From positions 4,965,081 to 5,029,080 of the forward strand of contig NW_003526943.1 of assembly GCF_000181795.1 (NCBI RefSeq): a stretch of 64,000 nt of DNA, written 5' to 3'. The notes under the pieces were generated by a model that was not told where the DNA came from, did no database searches, and saw only the letters and a list, made by a program, of their open reading frames with translations. The translations under genes and the position numbers were made by a program. Positions 49,295-63,412 of the stretch are shown here, one piece after another; position 1 is the stretch's first letter; each line of letters opens with the position of its first letter. This DNA comes from Trichinella spiralis. Taxonomy: Eukaryota.

Positions 49295-51424
49295 TCAGCC
49301 GTCTTCCATATTACTATCACCAAAGCCGTCTGGAATAACTGTCGGATCATATGAAATTTCAGCTTCAGCGTTTGTAAATGGCGAACAAGGCGTACACGGT
49401 GGCACAGGAGGCAGCTGCGAATCATCGTGTATAACAGTACAACCAGGAATATCGACCGGAATGGATGGAACTGAAAAATTCTACACAAAAAGAAAATGCA
49501 TCATATATGAAGATCAAATATCTTTATATAATGCAAAAAAAGTTACTTCGGAGTCGTTGCATAATGAAGGATTTGCTCTGTTAACAAGAGCAATCTCAGA
49601 ATCAACATTACAAATTGCACTTCCTTGCCCTTGATAACGTGACAACGCTACATCAAAAAAAACGAAATTAACATTTCGTAATAATAATTCAGTTAAGCAA
49701 TGTAAGTTATAAACAAATTCTATTTAAAATTCCATTCCATATACATAATATTCATTAAGCATAACAGAACTCACTATTAAGAGAACCTGCTAAAACATTT
49801 TCATTTATTTCTATCGAATCACCATCCGAGCATGATGTCTTTGCCATCATTTGTGTCACACCGAGCAGACCTGATTCTTCCACTAGAATAATGCACCATA
49901 TTGTCTCTACAAAACATTAACATAAAGTATTTCCTTTAACATCATTTGCAGGTGCTAAATTAGTTAAAAAAAAATACATGCTTCAAATAGGAAGCGTTCG
50001 CTGAAAACTGCAAAACAGAACTGAGTAAAAAAAAATTTTTTTTGAATTATTCTTCTAAAATAATACTCACCACCGAATGGATATCCACTGTTTGTAGCCA
50101 TTTTCCAACGTGATTGGTATACTCCTGCAGCAGAGGGACTTACCATTGTAACACTAATATCTGCTTCTTCCCCAGGCTGCAAAGCCTTCACTTCCATTAT
50201 CCTATTTTCGATGTAAAACTCAGAATGAACAAGGCGAAGCATACAACCAGGTGGCCATGGTTTGCTTCCTGAATTGGCAACACGCCAAACTTTAACGAAA
50301 CTTGTATTTGGCGGAATGCTTTCTCCTTCACCAACAGTTTCATCACGAATAAATGTCATAGATGGAATGGAAATTTGATCTCTCATACGATAATCATAGA
50401 AACTACCTAAAGCTGCTTGTAAATTCCTAAGAAAGAAAGCATTATTATATTTAGTTTAAGAATTTAATTATAATAATAACAACTGTCCTGAAATAACATA
50501 ACATATAGAGATGAAGAATCATAAAATGAAAGTCTGCAAACAGTAATAATAAAAATAATACGAAATAAAAAAATTAATATAATAAAAACATAATTACTCA
50601 TTTTTCTCCTAATACAAAACTGGTTTAAGAAATACATTGCAATTAATGTCACAAAAAATGATAAAAAGGGCTAAATGCAACACTCATTTAAATTACCTAT
50701 GATAAACTCATCAACAATGACAACAACATACTGCTTACCAGATTACAACATGGAGAAAATTAAAGATTAGAACAACTTATCGTATTACTTATGCATTAAT
50801 TGTATTACTTTTTACAAATAATTTAAATTCATGTGCAACTATCATTATAATATAAACTGAGGAATAATGTGCCAGTTTCCAGAAAATAACATCATATTTC
50901 GTCATTCAAGCAGTCATGAATTAGAAATACAAGAATCAATAAATAATTAAAGCTGCTCAAAAACTTGATATAATCATTTACATGCATTCTTTTTGACAGC
51001 TCGAACATGACAAAGTGAAAAAGTAAATTAAATAACAAAAACAAAAAGATCATTTCTACTAAAATGATATACTTAAACATAAATCGTTTACAAGCTTTAA
51101 AAAGAAAAAATACAATTACTGGCTAGACAACTGTTACAACTTTCAAAACGTTGCAGCCGATGTCGTCGGTAAAGTAAATAAATTAAAAAGATTTTCAAAA
51201 CTAATAACATATTAAATCACCACATGAAAAGAAAAAACAAGCAAAGATTTAAAAGATTCTAACCAGTTATTCATATCCAGCAGATTTCGATAAGTCTCGG
51301 GTTCCAAATTACAATCACTACCAACAATTTCTATGAAATGCTGAACAAGAGCGTCATGGTCAGATGTACCAAGACAGCGAAGTTCTTGCGCCAACTTTCC
51401 ATCTACATCTGAATCAATATCCAT
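49295..51424 (-). CDS. ILRUN: ILRUN/C6orf106 homolog (UBA-like plus NBR1-type FW domain)
   Basis: MDIDSDVDGKLAQELRCLGTSDHDALVQHF...LDMNNW | NLQAALGSFYD...PSMTFIRDETVGEGESIPPNTSFVKVWRVANSG..WPPGC.L...YQSRWKM...FG | ETIWCIILVEESGLLGVTQ. The last exon ends ...NMEDG*. Confidence 0.9.
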
Positions 51425-52522
51425 TGTCAAGTGAAAAAAAGTCAAGTTATCAAGGCAAAACGACTCCCACAACAAAAACTATACTGTATCTTTTTCTAAA
51501 AAATACTGTAAACATCATTAAGTAATTGCAAGTACATATAAATAAATACGTTTAATTTATCATTTTTTTAACTATGTGAAATGTTCGTAGTAATAAAATT
51601 ATTTTAAAAATTTATTTAAATGATTTTAATGATAATTTTACTGCAAAATAATGCATACTAATAATTTCTATATTATTGTCAGTTAGCTGGCTAATTGTTT
51701 TTCTTAATCAAGAAAGTTTTATTCCCTTTTACACAGAGTAATTTGATTTTATTTTATTTGTAGCATCCATTTATATTTCCAAACTTATTGTATATATAAA
51801 CTTCTTTTGTTAAAATGATATTTTTATAAAAAACGCGATGTTCGAGTAGAAGCGACGATTAGTCAGTGTTTACGTTTGTCCACTGTCTGATCACTAAAAT
51901 CATTATTTATATTTTTTAATTAAAAACTTCGGTTAAAAATCGATAGTTTTGCGTTTATAAAGCAGCACTGTATGGCATGTTTTTTATTTTATTGTTTTAT
52001 AATTCTCCAAAAAATATTAACAAAAAATTGTTTCTAAGTAATTTGATTTTGTTTTTGTGGATGATTTTAATTTGCAAAATTATATTCCTAATTAATATTT
52101 GGACAGAATCGTGTGATTTTATTTTCACATATCACATAAATTGTTACACAGAATTTCAAGAACTTTGTTTCAATTTGTGTTAACAAACTTCGTTTTCATG
52201 GTTATCATTTTTTTATTTCAGTTTTATTTACTGATCGTATTTGCAGTTTAAAATTTATCATTTTTTCTTTTACTTAAATAAATAAATTCATAACACACTT
52301 AACTCTAATGCAGTAATAATAATAATTGTTGTTGTTATTAAAACACTGAAAGTATATATATATAATGCACAAAATATCAAAATGTACGCAGAAAAATAAG
52401 AATTTGTCATTCATGGGTTTTACAAAATAGTTTTTCATTGTTTTCTATGAAATGTTTATCTTCTTTAATCAGATACTACAAACGCTTCGTACAGGTCATT
52501 TTACGCACGCCTACGTTTTCGT

Positions 52523-55037
52523 TTAGCAGCAAACATTTTCACTTTCGGCTACTTCCTGCTCGCTGTATGTGCAGTTTCAGCTAGAGATATTTATCATCAG
52601 TATGACACAAACGCACATGTTATGATTAATATCGCACATGAAATCAATAACAACTGTTGAATATCCAATGTTTTATTCTTCTCCAAATTTGTGAATCATA
52701 CTGAATGAATATCAATAAGTAAACAACCTGAGATGAGTGAAAAGAACGAGTAAATGTTTCGTTTTCAAATCAGTGGCAGGATAAAGTCCCTGAACTTTTG
52801 TCATTCTTTGATGAACTTTAAAATCGATGCAAGCTATTTACAGCATGGTTATAGAGTGTCGACTTTTAGATCCTTAAAATTATACAATTAACATGACATA
52901 TCCAATGTAATTACAGCAGTTACCTTTATTTGAATCAGTCAAAAGTTGAGCTAACAAGCATTGGGTATTTTCAAAAGTTTTGAAACCTGATGGCGTATCT
53001 TTTTGCAACAGATACAATTCCGTTTGCCTGAAAGAGAAAAAAAATGTAAATAATAATTTTTGAAAATTTTCACACACAATTTACCGATAAATGTAATGTC
53101 GAATTGTGAAAGATTCGATTTGCTTTGTCCATGGATTTCGAAAAGAGCACCATTCAGCAAAAACAGAAATCGGTTTGTTTTCTTTTGGTTTCAAACGATA
53201 ATTGCACTTTTGAGAACGAGTTGTACGCATTGCTGTAAATTGATAAACTTTAAAATTTAAGCAAGTTCAAGCCTGCTAACTGACCATTTCTGTGAAAACT
53301 CAACGTCGCTTGTAAATCTTCCTCGAATACATAATTATGATAAGAATTGCCGATCATATCTTGCGGTAGAAGTCCAAGTATGCATGCACATCTGAAATTT
53401 GAGTATATAAATAAATTTGCTTTAAAAACTACCGAATACATTTTTAATAAGTGGTCATATATTACAGCAAATCTACATGAGAAATGGTGCCGTCAGTGTG
53501 GTGTCTTGTGACGAATTCCAATTTTGCGTTATTGCCTAAACATAAAATGCTAATATTCAATGTAGGAACAAAAATTTGATTTTTTACAATTTTCCAGTAC
53601 CTTGAAAAATATGATCATACAAAGGAGCCATTGGTCTGGCCACAAATGCTAAACACGAAGAACCCGTGTCGTTAGACAAATCTGAAGAATCACTGTCCAA
53701 GTCGGAATGTTCATTGATGCCGTTCAATATTGGATTGCAGTTGCTTTGCATGACACCAGTGCAATAAAATTCCATATATTTGGTTTGAAGAAAATTTTCT
53801 GGACATCCCTGACTTGCATTTATCGGTTCGAGATATCTGTAACAAAAAATTCATTTTTTATTGCTATTTTAAATTGTACAAAATGTCAAAGCAAACTGAT
53901 TATTGCACAGTGCAAAGAATAATGATAAATTTGAGCTTACTGAAATTGTTCCACAGGAACGGGTTTGCATTTCAAGCGACAAAAGAAAGAACGACTGGCA
54001 ATGACTTCTTGAGAATCAGAAAAAGATGGCTCAGGACTGGGATGTGAACAATCAGATTCACATTCTGGATTTGCAAGTGATTTATTTGCACTTTTGTTTT
54101 CTAAAATATCTAATTATTCAATTTAAATTTAAATTTTTTTAAAATAAAAGCCCATTTTCTTTTACCTTTTCTCATTTGAGGACAAAATATTTCGTTACCG
54201 GTGTAAATTTGTTTTTTAAACGTCAGCAAATCTTTCGGATGAATGAGATCATAGAAGCTTTTATTAAGCACGTCGTTCCGTTTGTAACCGAGATATTGAT
54301 GAACAGATTCCGAAGCGTAAGCAATTCGACCGCACTTTTTCATCACAATCATGCAAAAACCGTCGACTGCTTCTTCAAACAAACGATCCAAGTCAATTTC
54401 GCAAAAAATTTTCGGCACACTGCTCAAATATTTTGCATTGGCATCTGAAACTTTGTAAAGTTTTCATTATTTTCTATAATAAATATTATTCAATTTTAAA
54501 TTCGTCAAATTATATGATGAAAACAGAAAACAATTGAAAATCGCCTCAGCATCCGGTAAAAATTTCTGATCAAATAAAATTTTTGAAAATCTCTTTCAAA
54601 ACACATTTTTAACTTAAAAATTCAAGCAAATCAATTTTTTCTTATGTCTACGAGAAAAAAATTATAAAAATTGAAAATTTTAAACTACAATTCAATTCTC
54701 TTGGAATTCAATTTCAAACAATAAATCAAACTTACTGAGATATCTTTTGATGTGTTGCAATGCAAATTTCAAAACTGTAAGCTTGTCCAATTTTGGTGAT
54801 CCTGGTGAACAATTTGGTACAAGCGCACTAATTTCTGTTATGTAGGCGTTCAACTTGTCTCTTCGACGTTTTTCAATTTTGCTATGGTTCGACGTTCTGA
54901 ATTTACTAAAAAAAACAATTGCATTAAAAAAATTTCACATTTTTTATTCCATATTTAATTTTAAAAATAATTAATAACGTACTTAATATTACTTTTTCTT
55001 CTTTTCCATACTTCTGAATCGGTTTCTCTTTTTGCAT
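52523..55037 (-). CDS. bHLH-PAS transcription factor of the cycle/BMAL1(ARNTL)-ARNT group, most like cycle/BMAL1
   Basis: bHLH NHSKIEKRRRDKLNAYITEISALVP..KLDKLTVLKFALQHI; PAS-A EAVDGFCMIV..CGRIAYASESV..YLGY...SFYDLIHPKD; PAS-B EFVTRH..DG...VD..CACILGLLPQDMIGNS, ...WCSFRNPWTKQIE. The 3' exons and stop are tentative. Confidence 0.88.
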
Positions 55038-58000
55038 ATATACTGCTAAATATTGAAATCGGTAAAATAAAATAAATTAAAAAAAACTTGAAACAGTTTT
55101 ATTTATGAATGTTTTAATATAAAATCATTTAATTGAAATAATTTTGTAAAATTTTACAACAGCAAATCCTGCATTTTTTTTAACTGAGTTGGAACAAATA
55201 CTGTACTACGGTTTTGTTCCCCAGAAATCAACGGGCGATACAGTAGCTCGAGAGAAGAAACCGTAATCGTTTCGAAGTTTGTGTTTTTTTCATAAATAAC
55301 AAATAATAATATATATTTTTTATACGTATGTATGTCTTCTTTATAATAAAGATTAATTTTACTGTTTAACCGAAAAAAACAGGTGACGAAAATTGATTTT
55401 TGTTTTTTTGTCATTGTTTTTTTAACTTTTTTAATGTTTAATTATTATTAATATTGTTTTATACGTTTTTTTTGATTATGTTATTAAATTTAAATTTCAT
55501 TAAATATGTTTTGCATTCGTTTATTTTTTCTTCTAGGTGCTTACTTATTCTGCCGATTTTATTCTTTCCCGTGTGACCATTTTGTAAGATGATGGGACAG
55601 AAAATAAAAGTCAAATTTAAATTTATGCATTTATAAACCCGGTCGATTGCCCGTCCCTTGGTTGCTGTTCGTGTTCTGTGATGTATTTTTACATAGTAGA
55701 GCGATTCTGGTATTCTTCGTCATTGCTGTAGGGCGTGAACTATGATCTAAGAATGAATTAATTAATTGATTGAGAAAATGTTTTTTTCTGATAATTTGTT
55801 TTTTGAATGTTTTTTTGTTCAATTTTGGCTGAAGAGAAATTTCGATCTTCAGTTGAGAGAAATAGTCAGTTAGCCGTGCAACAATATTAGCTGACATCTG
55901 GACAAGGTCACGCTGGCCAATCAGATTCCGTTTGCTGACCTATCGCTTTTTCGACCCTATCGATTTTTTTCTGACCTCAACACTGTCGACAGTAAGCTTT
56001 TACAGTTGTTGTCTTTTGAATTTTTGCGTAAAGAGGATAGCAAATATTTTGAAGAGAAATAAGTTGCAAACATAAAAAGCAACAATGTCGAAATAGCAGA
56101 GAATAGCTAGCTTATTTTCCGGTTGAATAGTTTTGGACAATAGGCTGGTTGGTGAATAAAATTTCCTCTATTCTCTAGGCGAAATTGAATCTCAAAAGCA
56201 GCTGAAAAAGTAAGTTGCCTATGCTCACTTCAGGCGAGGCTATTTTTACACTGCTGTTGTATATATCTTCAGCTTAATGGCCTAAAGAACAGTTGTTCCA
56301 CTCAGATTCAGATTGACAACTGGGAAAAGCTTCTTTTTTTTCCGCTTCATTTCATCTTTCAATTTTCAAAATACGGTGAGCTATATGTATGTATATATAT
56401 TTTTTTTTCATCAGTTCCCATAACGTGTGAACGAAATTTATTCGAGCTTGTCTTGTGTTTGTTCGTCAAATGGAATTTTACTTTCTCGAGGCAGCAAAAT
56501 CGAGCTTGTTGCTTAGTGGTGAAAAATTGGTTGACAGTTGCAGGCTAAAATTTTATTTTCATTCGTTCACAATTGACGAAAAAGCTAACCTTTTCCGTCG
56601 CATCCAACTTACACTTCCTTGTTTCTTTCTATCCTAAGCTTTTTATATTGAATGCCTGTACGCGGTATAATAAAAGTGAAGGTATTTTTTCTTACCAAAA
56701 TTTAAATTATTACATTTATAAATAAAATTTATTTCATGCTTCACTTGTTGTAAAAAAATAAAGTTATGTAATTTTTTTTATAACATCAGCAATGCTTACC
56801 GAATTTTGTCATCGGATAAAAGGTTTCTCCTCATAATTAATAATACTTTTTTTTATAAAGATGTATGTGTAATGTAAAAGAAAATTTCAATACGCAAATA
56901 TTTTTAAGCTTTTACGTTTCACTTCAAAGTTTTTATAGATGAATTTTTCATATTTGTAAAATACAAAGAGCATTTGCTAATTGATGAAGATAATATCTTT
57001 ACATTTGTGAAGATAAAAATGCCTGTTGAAAAAAAATTACATGTTGGCACGATGAATATAATAAGAAGTATAGTTCTGTCTGTGTAAGATTAAGATTTCA
57101 TTACAAAATAAATGATTAGAAAAATTATTAACAATTTTTGTAGATGACGCATTGTATAGTAGCTTTGCAATTTCGTATGGCTGGCCTTTGCGATTGGTTA
57201 TATGACTCATGGTCGTAGTGTGTACTACAGGAAATGAAACATGTGCGCCGCTGCTGTTTCTGGCGAAGGCCAACCAATTGATATCTCCTAATCTTTCATT
57301 CTGCCTATTGCTCTCGCTCTGTCGCTCTCTCTCTCTTTTAGTTGCACTTGGCCTGTCACTTTCTTTTTCCTTCTCTCTCTCTCCCTCTCTCCCTTGCTCT
57401 CTCTTCATACCCATCTTGCCTGCAGTTTTCCTGTATAAGCTTGCTAATAGGGTCGGCTAATATTGTATTATAGCTGGGTTAGATGGTGGGCTTCAAAAAT
57501 TGAACGGGATGGGGAAATTATCGAACGGTGGCACCTGGTCATGTTATCATTTTTATGCCTTGTTGTTGACGAGATGGTCAGTTGTCTGAATGGATAATAA
57601 ATAATAATTTTTTCCTTTAACTTCAATTGAATTCAGTTCGGTCGTAACTTTTTCTTAATAGCCGTCAGTTGTCAATCAGAAGGAGAGATTTTTTGGGTGC
57701 GGCACCGCTCCATTTTTTTTTGCTTTCACATTAAACTTTGTCCGGCAACTTTTCCAACACCAGCTAATAAGCTAATAGAACAGCCGAACGACGGAGAAGA
57801 AGAAGAGGAAAAAAAAATGTTCACCCCTCAAAAGCTGGCTTGTTTCTTTCTCTAGACGGCGGTCATTTTCTGCTGCGGCGCAATGCAGCTAACATTCTGT
57901 GTCTTCTTTGTCAACAATGTTGACAACACTGACCGGCAAGCAGGAGGAAGAAGAGGAGGACTGACTGAGAATGAATGCAGTTTTCAGCTTGGGTTAAATA

Positions 58001-58193
58001 TTAGCTTTGCGTCGACCGAGAACGTGTGAGACTAACTGGCCTGTTTGGCGGTTTTTCGCGCCTTGTAAAATTTTCAATTCCAAGCCAACGTTGGCGCGTA
58101 AACAAGCAACATCCGTCTGTTTGTTTCGAATAATCTGTTTCGATTATTGTGTTTCGAGGATGAATTAATTTTTAATTTTTTACCAGACAAATC

Positions 58194-59909
58194 ATGGCTT
58201 TGCCTTTTCTGGACGTTGCGTTTCGTGCTTTGCACAAGCAATACTACGACGACTTCACCGATCGACTGAACTATTATTACACCACATTGTTCTTATTGTT
58301 CATGTCAATTTTGGTCAGCGCTAAACAATACGTCGGTTCTCCAATACATTGCTGGGTACCTGCACAATTTCGAGGCGGTTGGGAAGAGTACGCGGAAAGT
58401 TACTGTTTCATACAAAACACTTACTTCCTGCCATTCGGCAAAGATGTTCCCAGGTTTGTAAATCGATATATAAAGCTTGTTCTATACTACTGTTTTATTT
58501 TGTTTTGTCTTTTCACAGCGATATTATTGAACGAGACTATCGAAAAATTGGCTATTATCAATGGGTCCCTGTGGTGTTGGCACTGCAAGCTGCATTATTC
58601 TACATGCCGAATTTGATATGGAAAATGATGAGTTACAACACTGGTAAAAAAAAAGAGAAAGAAATTGATACTTTTTTTTGCCGTTGGCTTTTTTTCTTCC
58701 ATTTGTCAAGTTTTTTCTTTTAATTTTGAGGAATCAAACTGAAATCGTTGTTGCAGTATGCTAGCAGCATACCGTTGACGAGTTCAGAAGAACGTACCGA
58801 GACAGTGAACCGATTGTGTCTAATTGTGGAAGATTGTCTGAATTATCAAGCATCGAAAAGAAGTGTAATCAGCAAGATCCTTTGCTTTTATTGTCGACAG
58901 ACCAGCAGCTGCTATCTCACGTTTTGCTACTTGCTGATGAAATTGCTCTATTTGATCAACGTTTGTGGACAATTTTTAATTCTCAACGATTTTCTCTCCA
59001 CCAAATACACATTTTGGGGACTGCAAATTCTCATGGACATCGCACAAGGTCGTGATTGGAACACCAGTGGTCATTTTCCAAGAGTTACATTGTATATATA
59101 TATACATCTGTTTTTTTTCTTCTTTTTATACTTCCTGTTTATGCTTTAATTTCTTCAATTGAAACATTTTTAGCTGCGATTTTGAAGTTCGTGAATTGGG
59201 CAACAGTCACCGCCATACAGTCCAATGCGTATTGATGATCAACATGTTCAACGAGAAGATTTATCTGTTCTTTTGGTTCTGGTTCTTGTTCCTTGGCATC
59301 ATCACGGGCGTGAATCTGATGTACTGGGTGAGCAGTTTCGTGTCGAGAACTTACAAAGAAGACCTGGTGCGCCATAAATTACGTCTTACCATCGACTTCA
59401 AGGATCGCCTCTTCGAACGCCGTTTGACACAACAATTTATTCGTGACGCTCTACATCCGGATGGTTTGCTGATAATGCGTTTCATCGGAACTCACGCCGG
59501 AGAACTTATCTCATCCGAAATGATGGGGAAAATGTTTCGGTATGTTTTTCATATCCTAATTAATCTAACAGTTTTTGAAACAATCTGTCTCTCTCTAATC
59601 ATTGCATTTTTAAATAAATCATATATACTTTTTTTTCTTTGTATTAATAGGGACTATATGAAACGAAGTCAGATGAGTCATCAAATATTGGATTCTGTTA
59701 GAGAGAAAGATATTCCATCATTTAGTAGCAGTGGCCGTGATGTAGACCATGGATTTAGCGAGGCAATGTATGACGATGGAAAGGCTCCGAATGATGGATC
59801 GTTGAATACACCTCTGTTACCAACTGCGCCAAAAATGGTAGAAACCAATACATTGAAGGTCGACAATCGATTTCCACCTGAAGTTCCACCGAAACCGAAA
59901 GACATTTAA
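58194..59909 (+). CDS. Innexin gap-junction protein (exons 58194-58453, 58519-58643, 58731-59091, 59174-59539, 59651-59909)
   Basis: DDFTDRLNYYYT, KQYVGSPIHCWVP..F...WEEYAESYCFIQNTY, YYQWVP, GHFPRVTFCDFEVR, QCVLMINMFNEKIYLFFWFW. All splice phases are consistent. Confidence 0.96.
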
Positions 59910-61841
59910 AATTTGGAAGAACTAACTAACTACAAGAGAAGAATCTACAAAAATTTAAGAACTACAACATTTCTTTACTGGCGTTATTTATATCTTTCTT
60001 CACTTCACTGTCTATCTCACTATCCCCACTATTCACTATCACTTCTTTTTACTATTTATGCAAATATCGCTCATTACATTATGGCAGCGGCATAATAAGA
60101 TTATTATTATTATTATTCCAGTTATTTTATTCAAAAAGACGATCTATCTCTATATCTATTATGGGTAACTGTTAACTGATTTGTTGCAGTTATATGAAAA
60201 GTTTGCCGCATACAGCATTTTCTCTAAAGATATTTTCTTCCCACGTATCTTATCGCCTTTCTCTACCTTTCTGAAAATAGCCATACTATCCACATATATA
60301 TGCGTATATATCTATCTATCTCAGGCTAGAGGAAAGTCTTGTTACATCATCTATTGTTTCTTGCACTTCTTTGCATGAATAAAAGCACTTTCAAGCACAT
60401 CATTTAAACTAGCTGTCGAACAAGCACAATTTATGATAAAATGTTTGACGACAAATGACAGCTACAACCGAGAGGTCGCTATGGAAACTGCTCCAACTCC
60501 GGTTTAACTCAAGTTTTTGCATTTTCATCAGTTGAAGTGTGCGCGCTAAATTCTGTTGCAAAGCTTTCCCCATCACATTCATTCTTCAATGTGTCGCGCT
60601 TTATCGCAGAAGGAAACGTTGCAGCTATTCAATCAAATCATCATCACTGCAACTTTGTTACTTGTTTTTTTCTGTTTAGCTACATTTCAAAACAAGTTTT
60701 TTAATATGTACATTTAACAATTACATGTAATTTTTAAAAAAATATTTGTAACAACAGTTTTATCAATTTAAAAATTTTTTCATCAAAAACGAAATCATCA
60801 ATAATTAAAATAAATAAATTTTCATAATAAAAATATTTTTTTACAGTTTTGAAATAAATTTAATTAACATAAAATTATCGTCATTTTTTTGAACAAATAT
60901 TCTGCTAATCATCAATTTTCAACATCAATTAGCACCAATTTGAACGATACAGTGGATAGCAGAGAGGGAGGGACATTTATCGGACAACAGCAGTAATAAT
61001 AATAATAATAATAATAATATGTATGTTTGTGTATTTATCGTTTGTCTGAACAATAAAAAAAATACTTTTAAGCATTCATAAGTAGCTTTACAATAAATGA
61101 ATCAAGTCTGTGAGTTGGAGACCAGTTTTAAACCTTAGTTTACGAATCAGAGCATATAGCTTTTGACAACCTTAAACATGGCCCCAATTCTACAATCATA
61201 AAAAAGAGAATCTTTTCGTTCTTGCCTACCATTTATTTGATAATTAAAAATGAAAAGCTTTTATTCATCATTCGAAAATAAAAGTCACTTTTACCTTTCA
61301 CCACTTTGACAACTTATTTTCAATAATGCTTAAAATGCAAAACACATTTTCTGAATAATATAAAGTTAAAAAATATAAGAATAGTATTTTTTTGAAGGGA
61401 TATATTTTTAAAAAAATATGAAATTTGCAATAGTATAAAAAAATTTTTTATCCAAATATTCAGTTTAAACAAAAACCGAAAAGCGATTCAATGAAAAGAT
61501 AAAAAAAATTGAACATATCCACATTTTTAATTGTACAGTAAGTAAACTAACTGATCAAGCCAATAAATAAAATTGACAATGTTGGTTTTTAAAAATTCTA
61601 TTCCAAGTATCAGTTTTGTACAATATTTTATAGAATGTTTGTAATTTTCTTTTTATATCATGAAAAGAAATTGAATAATGATACTGTAGAAAAATACACA
61701 AGAATAATTTAAATACCAATGATAGAGAATGGTGTTTTCTTTCCCACTGTATACAGCTTGTTGCTTATCAAAAGAGAAAGTTACAAAACTTTTTAATGAT
61801 TAAATTCAATTGAATTGCAAAAATGAACAAAATTCAACATA

Positions 61842-61940
61842 CCTGGGTTCATTTGGATATGAATTTGCGTGAAACGCATCTTGCAGTGATAAGTAAGGTG
61901 CAGTGGTATCGGCTGAGACTCGTAGAACCGTTTCAGACAT
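61842..61940 (-). CDS. Possible first exon of an unidentified small gene
   Basis: MSETVLRVSADTTAPYLSLQDAFHANSYPNEP followed by a CAG|GTATGT donor. No downstream exon could be assigned with confidence. Confidence 0.25.
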
Positions 61941-63127
61941 GCTGCTTTGAAAAATGACCACCAGCAGAAGAAGAAGTAGTAGTAGTAGTAGTAGAAGATG
62001 TGCTTTGATAGAACAAATACGGATCAGCAAAAAATAAGGGTAGCAGTAGTAAAAGCAAGTGGGACAATGTTGACAACTGGATGCTTTTCGTGTGTTGGAA
62101 TAAAAGTGAACGTCCAGTTTTTGGCAAAAACTTGCCGACCTTCGTATTCAATTTAACCCATTTTCATACAGGCCTAATAATAAAAGTTGTCACTTTTTGA
62201 GGAGGTGCAACGCCCACAATTTTTGTCTGCTTCTAATAATGACAATTAGTCACAGTTGGAATTGAACCATTTCATCCCATACGGCCCTTTTTTCTTTCAT
62301 CCAATCCACAGGTTAAGCAAGCATCACTCGTGAAAAACTATTCCTTCATTAATTTGCATTATGAATAAAACTTTTTTAATGTTCGTTTTTTGTCTAATGT
62401 ATAATAATTTTTACAGCAAATAAATTCTGTTTCCTGTTCAACAATTCAAATCATAGTTTATCAAAATACCCCGATTATTTCTAGTTTGGAATTTCAGCAT
62501 TGAAATGAAATCCACAACACACCAACAATATTATGCGAATTTGTGAACAAGAAAAAGTAATTTACACAATTAATATACATATATATATCCAGATATACAC
62601 TTTAAACGCTTCATTTATTCGCTACTTGAATATATTTTATAAAATTCATACTTTTATCCCTTTCCTTGGCATATGACGTAGTATTTGAATAATTCATTGA
62701 AATAATTAATTACTTATGAATTGCATTCAAAAAAATAGCTCATCAATCAACTATTTTCAACATTTTTATAATAAAAAAATGTTACTTTCTAAAAATGAAG
62801 CACACCTAAATAGAATAGTTACCTAATGCAGAACTAGGTCTTGATCATTTACTACTTTTACGCTACTGCCCTACTGACTGCTGAAAATGAAAGTCTCTTT
62901 TGAAGATAATTATCACTTTGGCCTGAATTTTCTTTCACCTGACCTATGAGTTGCAACTGAATTTTAAATTAACACGCAAAATTATTTTCAACACACACTG
63001 ATTTATTCATTTATCTATTTATCAAAAACAATGCATTAAAAAAAACGGCCCAATGTCATTTCAAAAACAGTTTCTGGAATAAAATATATTGCATCAATGT
63101 AGCATTTACTATTTATGTTCACCGCTT

Positions 63128-63412
63128 TCAACCAAAAAATTCATAATTTTCAATTTCATCACTCCGATCTAACAAACGACTGATAAGAGAAAGTCGATTT
63201 GAGAAAACTGTCATCGACGAATCCATTTTAGCACAAAAACCTTCAAATGTGTCTTCACGCTTACGAACAGCTTCCAACCAGCCTTTCATCTGATTCAATC
63301 CTTCCTTTAAATCAACAACTAATTCTTGAATAAGATCATTCGCTGTAACGCGAGTTCGCAAATTTCGAGACTGCTCTCCAGCAACTTCCTCATCAGATAT
63401 TGGCACAGGCAT
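63128..63412 (-). CDS. Probable terminal exon (or single-exon ORF) encoding an uncharacterised coiled-coil peptide
   Basis: 94-aa ORF with normal composition and a heptad-like pattern, directly preceded by a ttcttctttattag acceptor. Confidence 0.5.
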   Translation of the reverse strand: MPVPISDEEVAGEQSRNLRTRVTANDLIQELVVDLKEGLNQMKGWLEAVRKREDTFEGFCAKMDSSMTVFSNRLSLISRLLDRSDEIENYEFFG

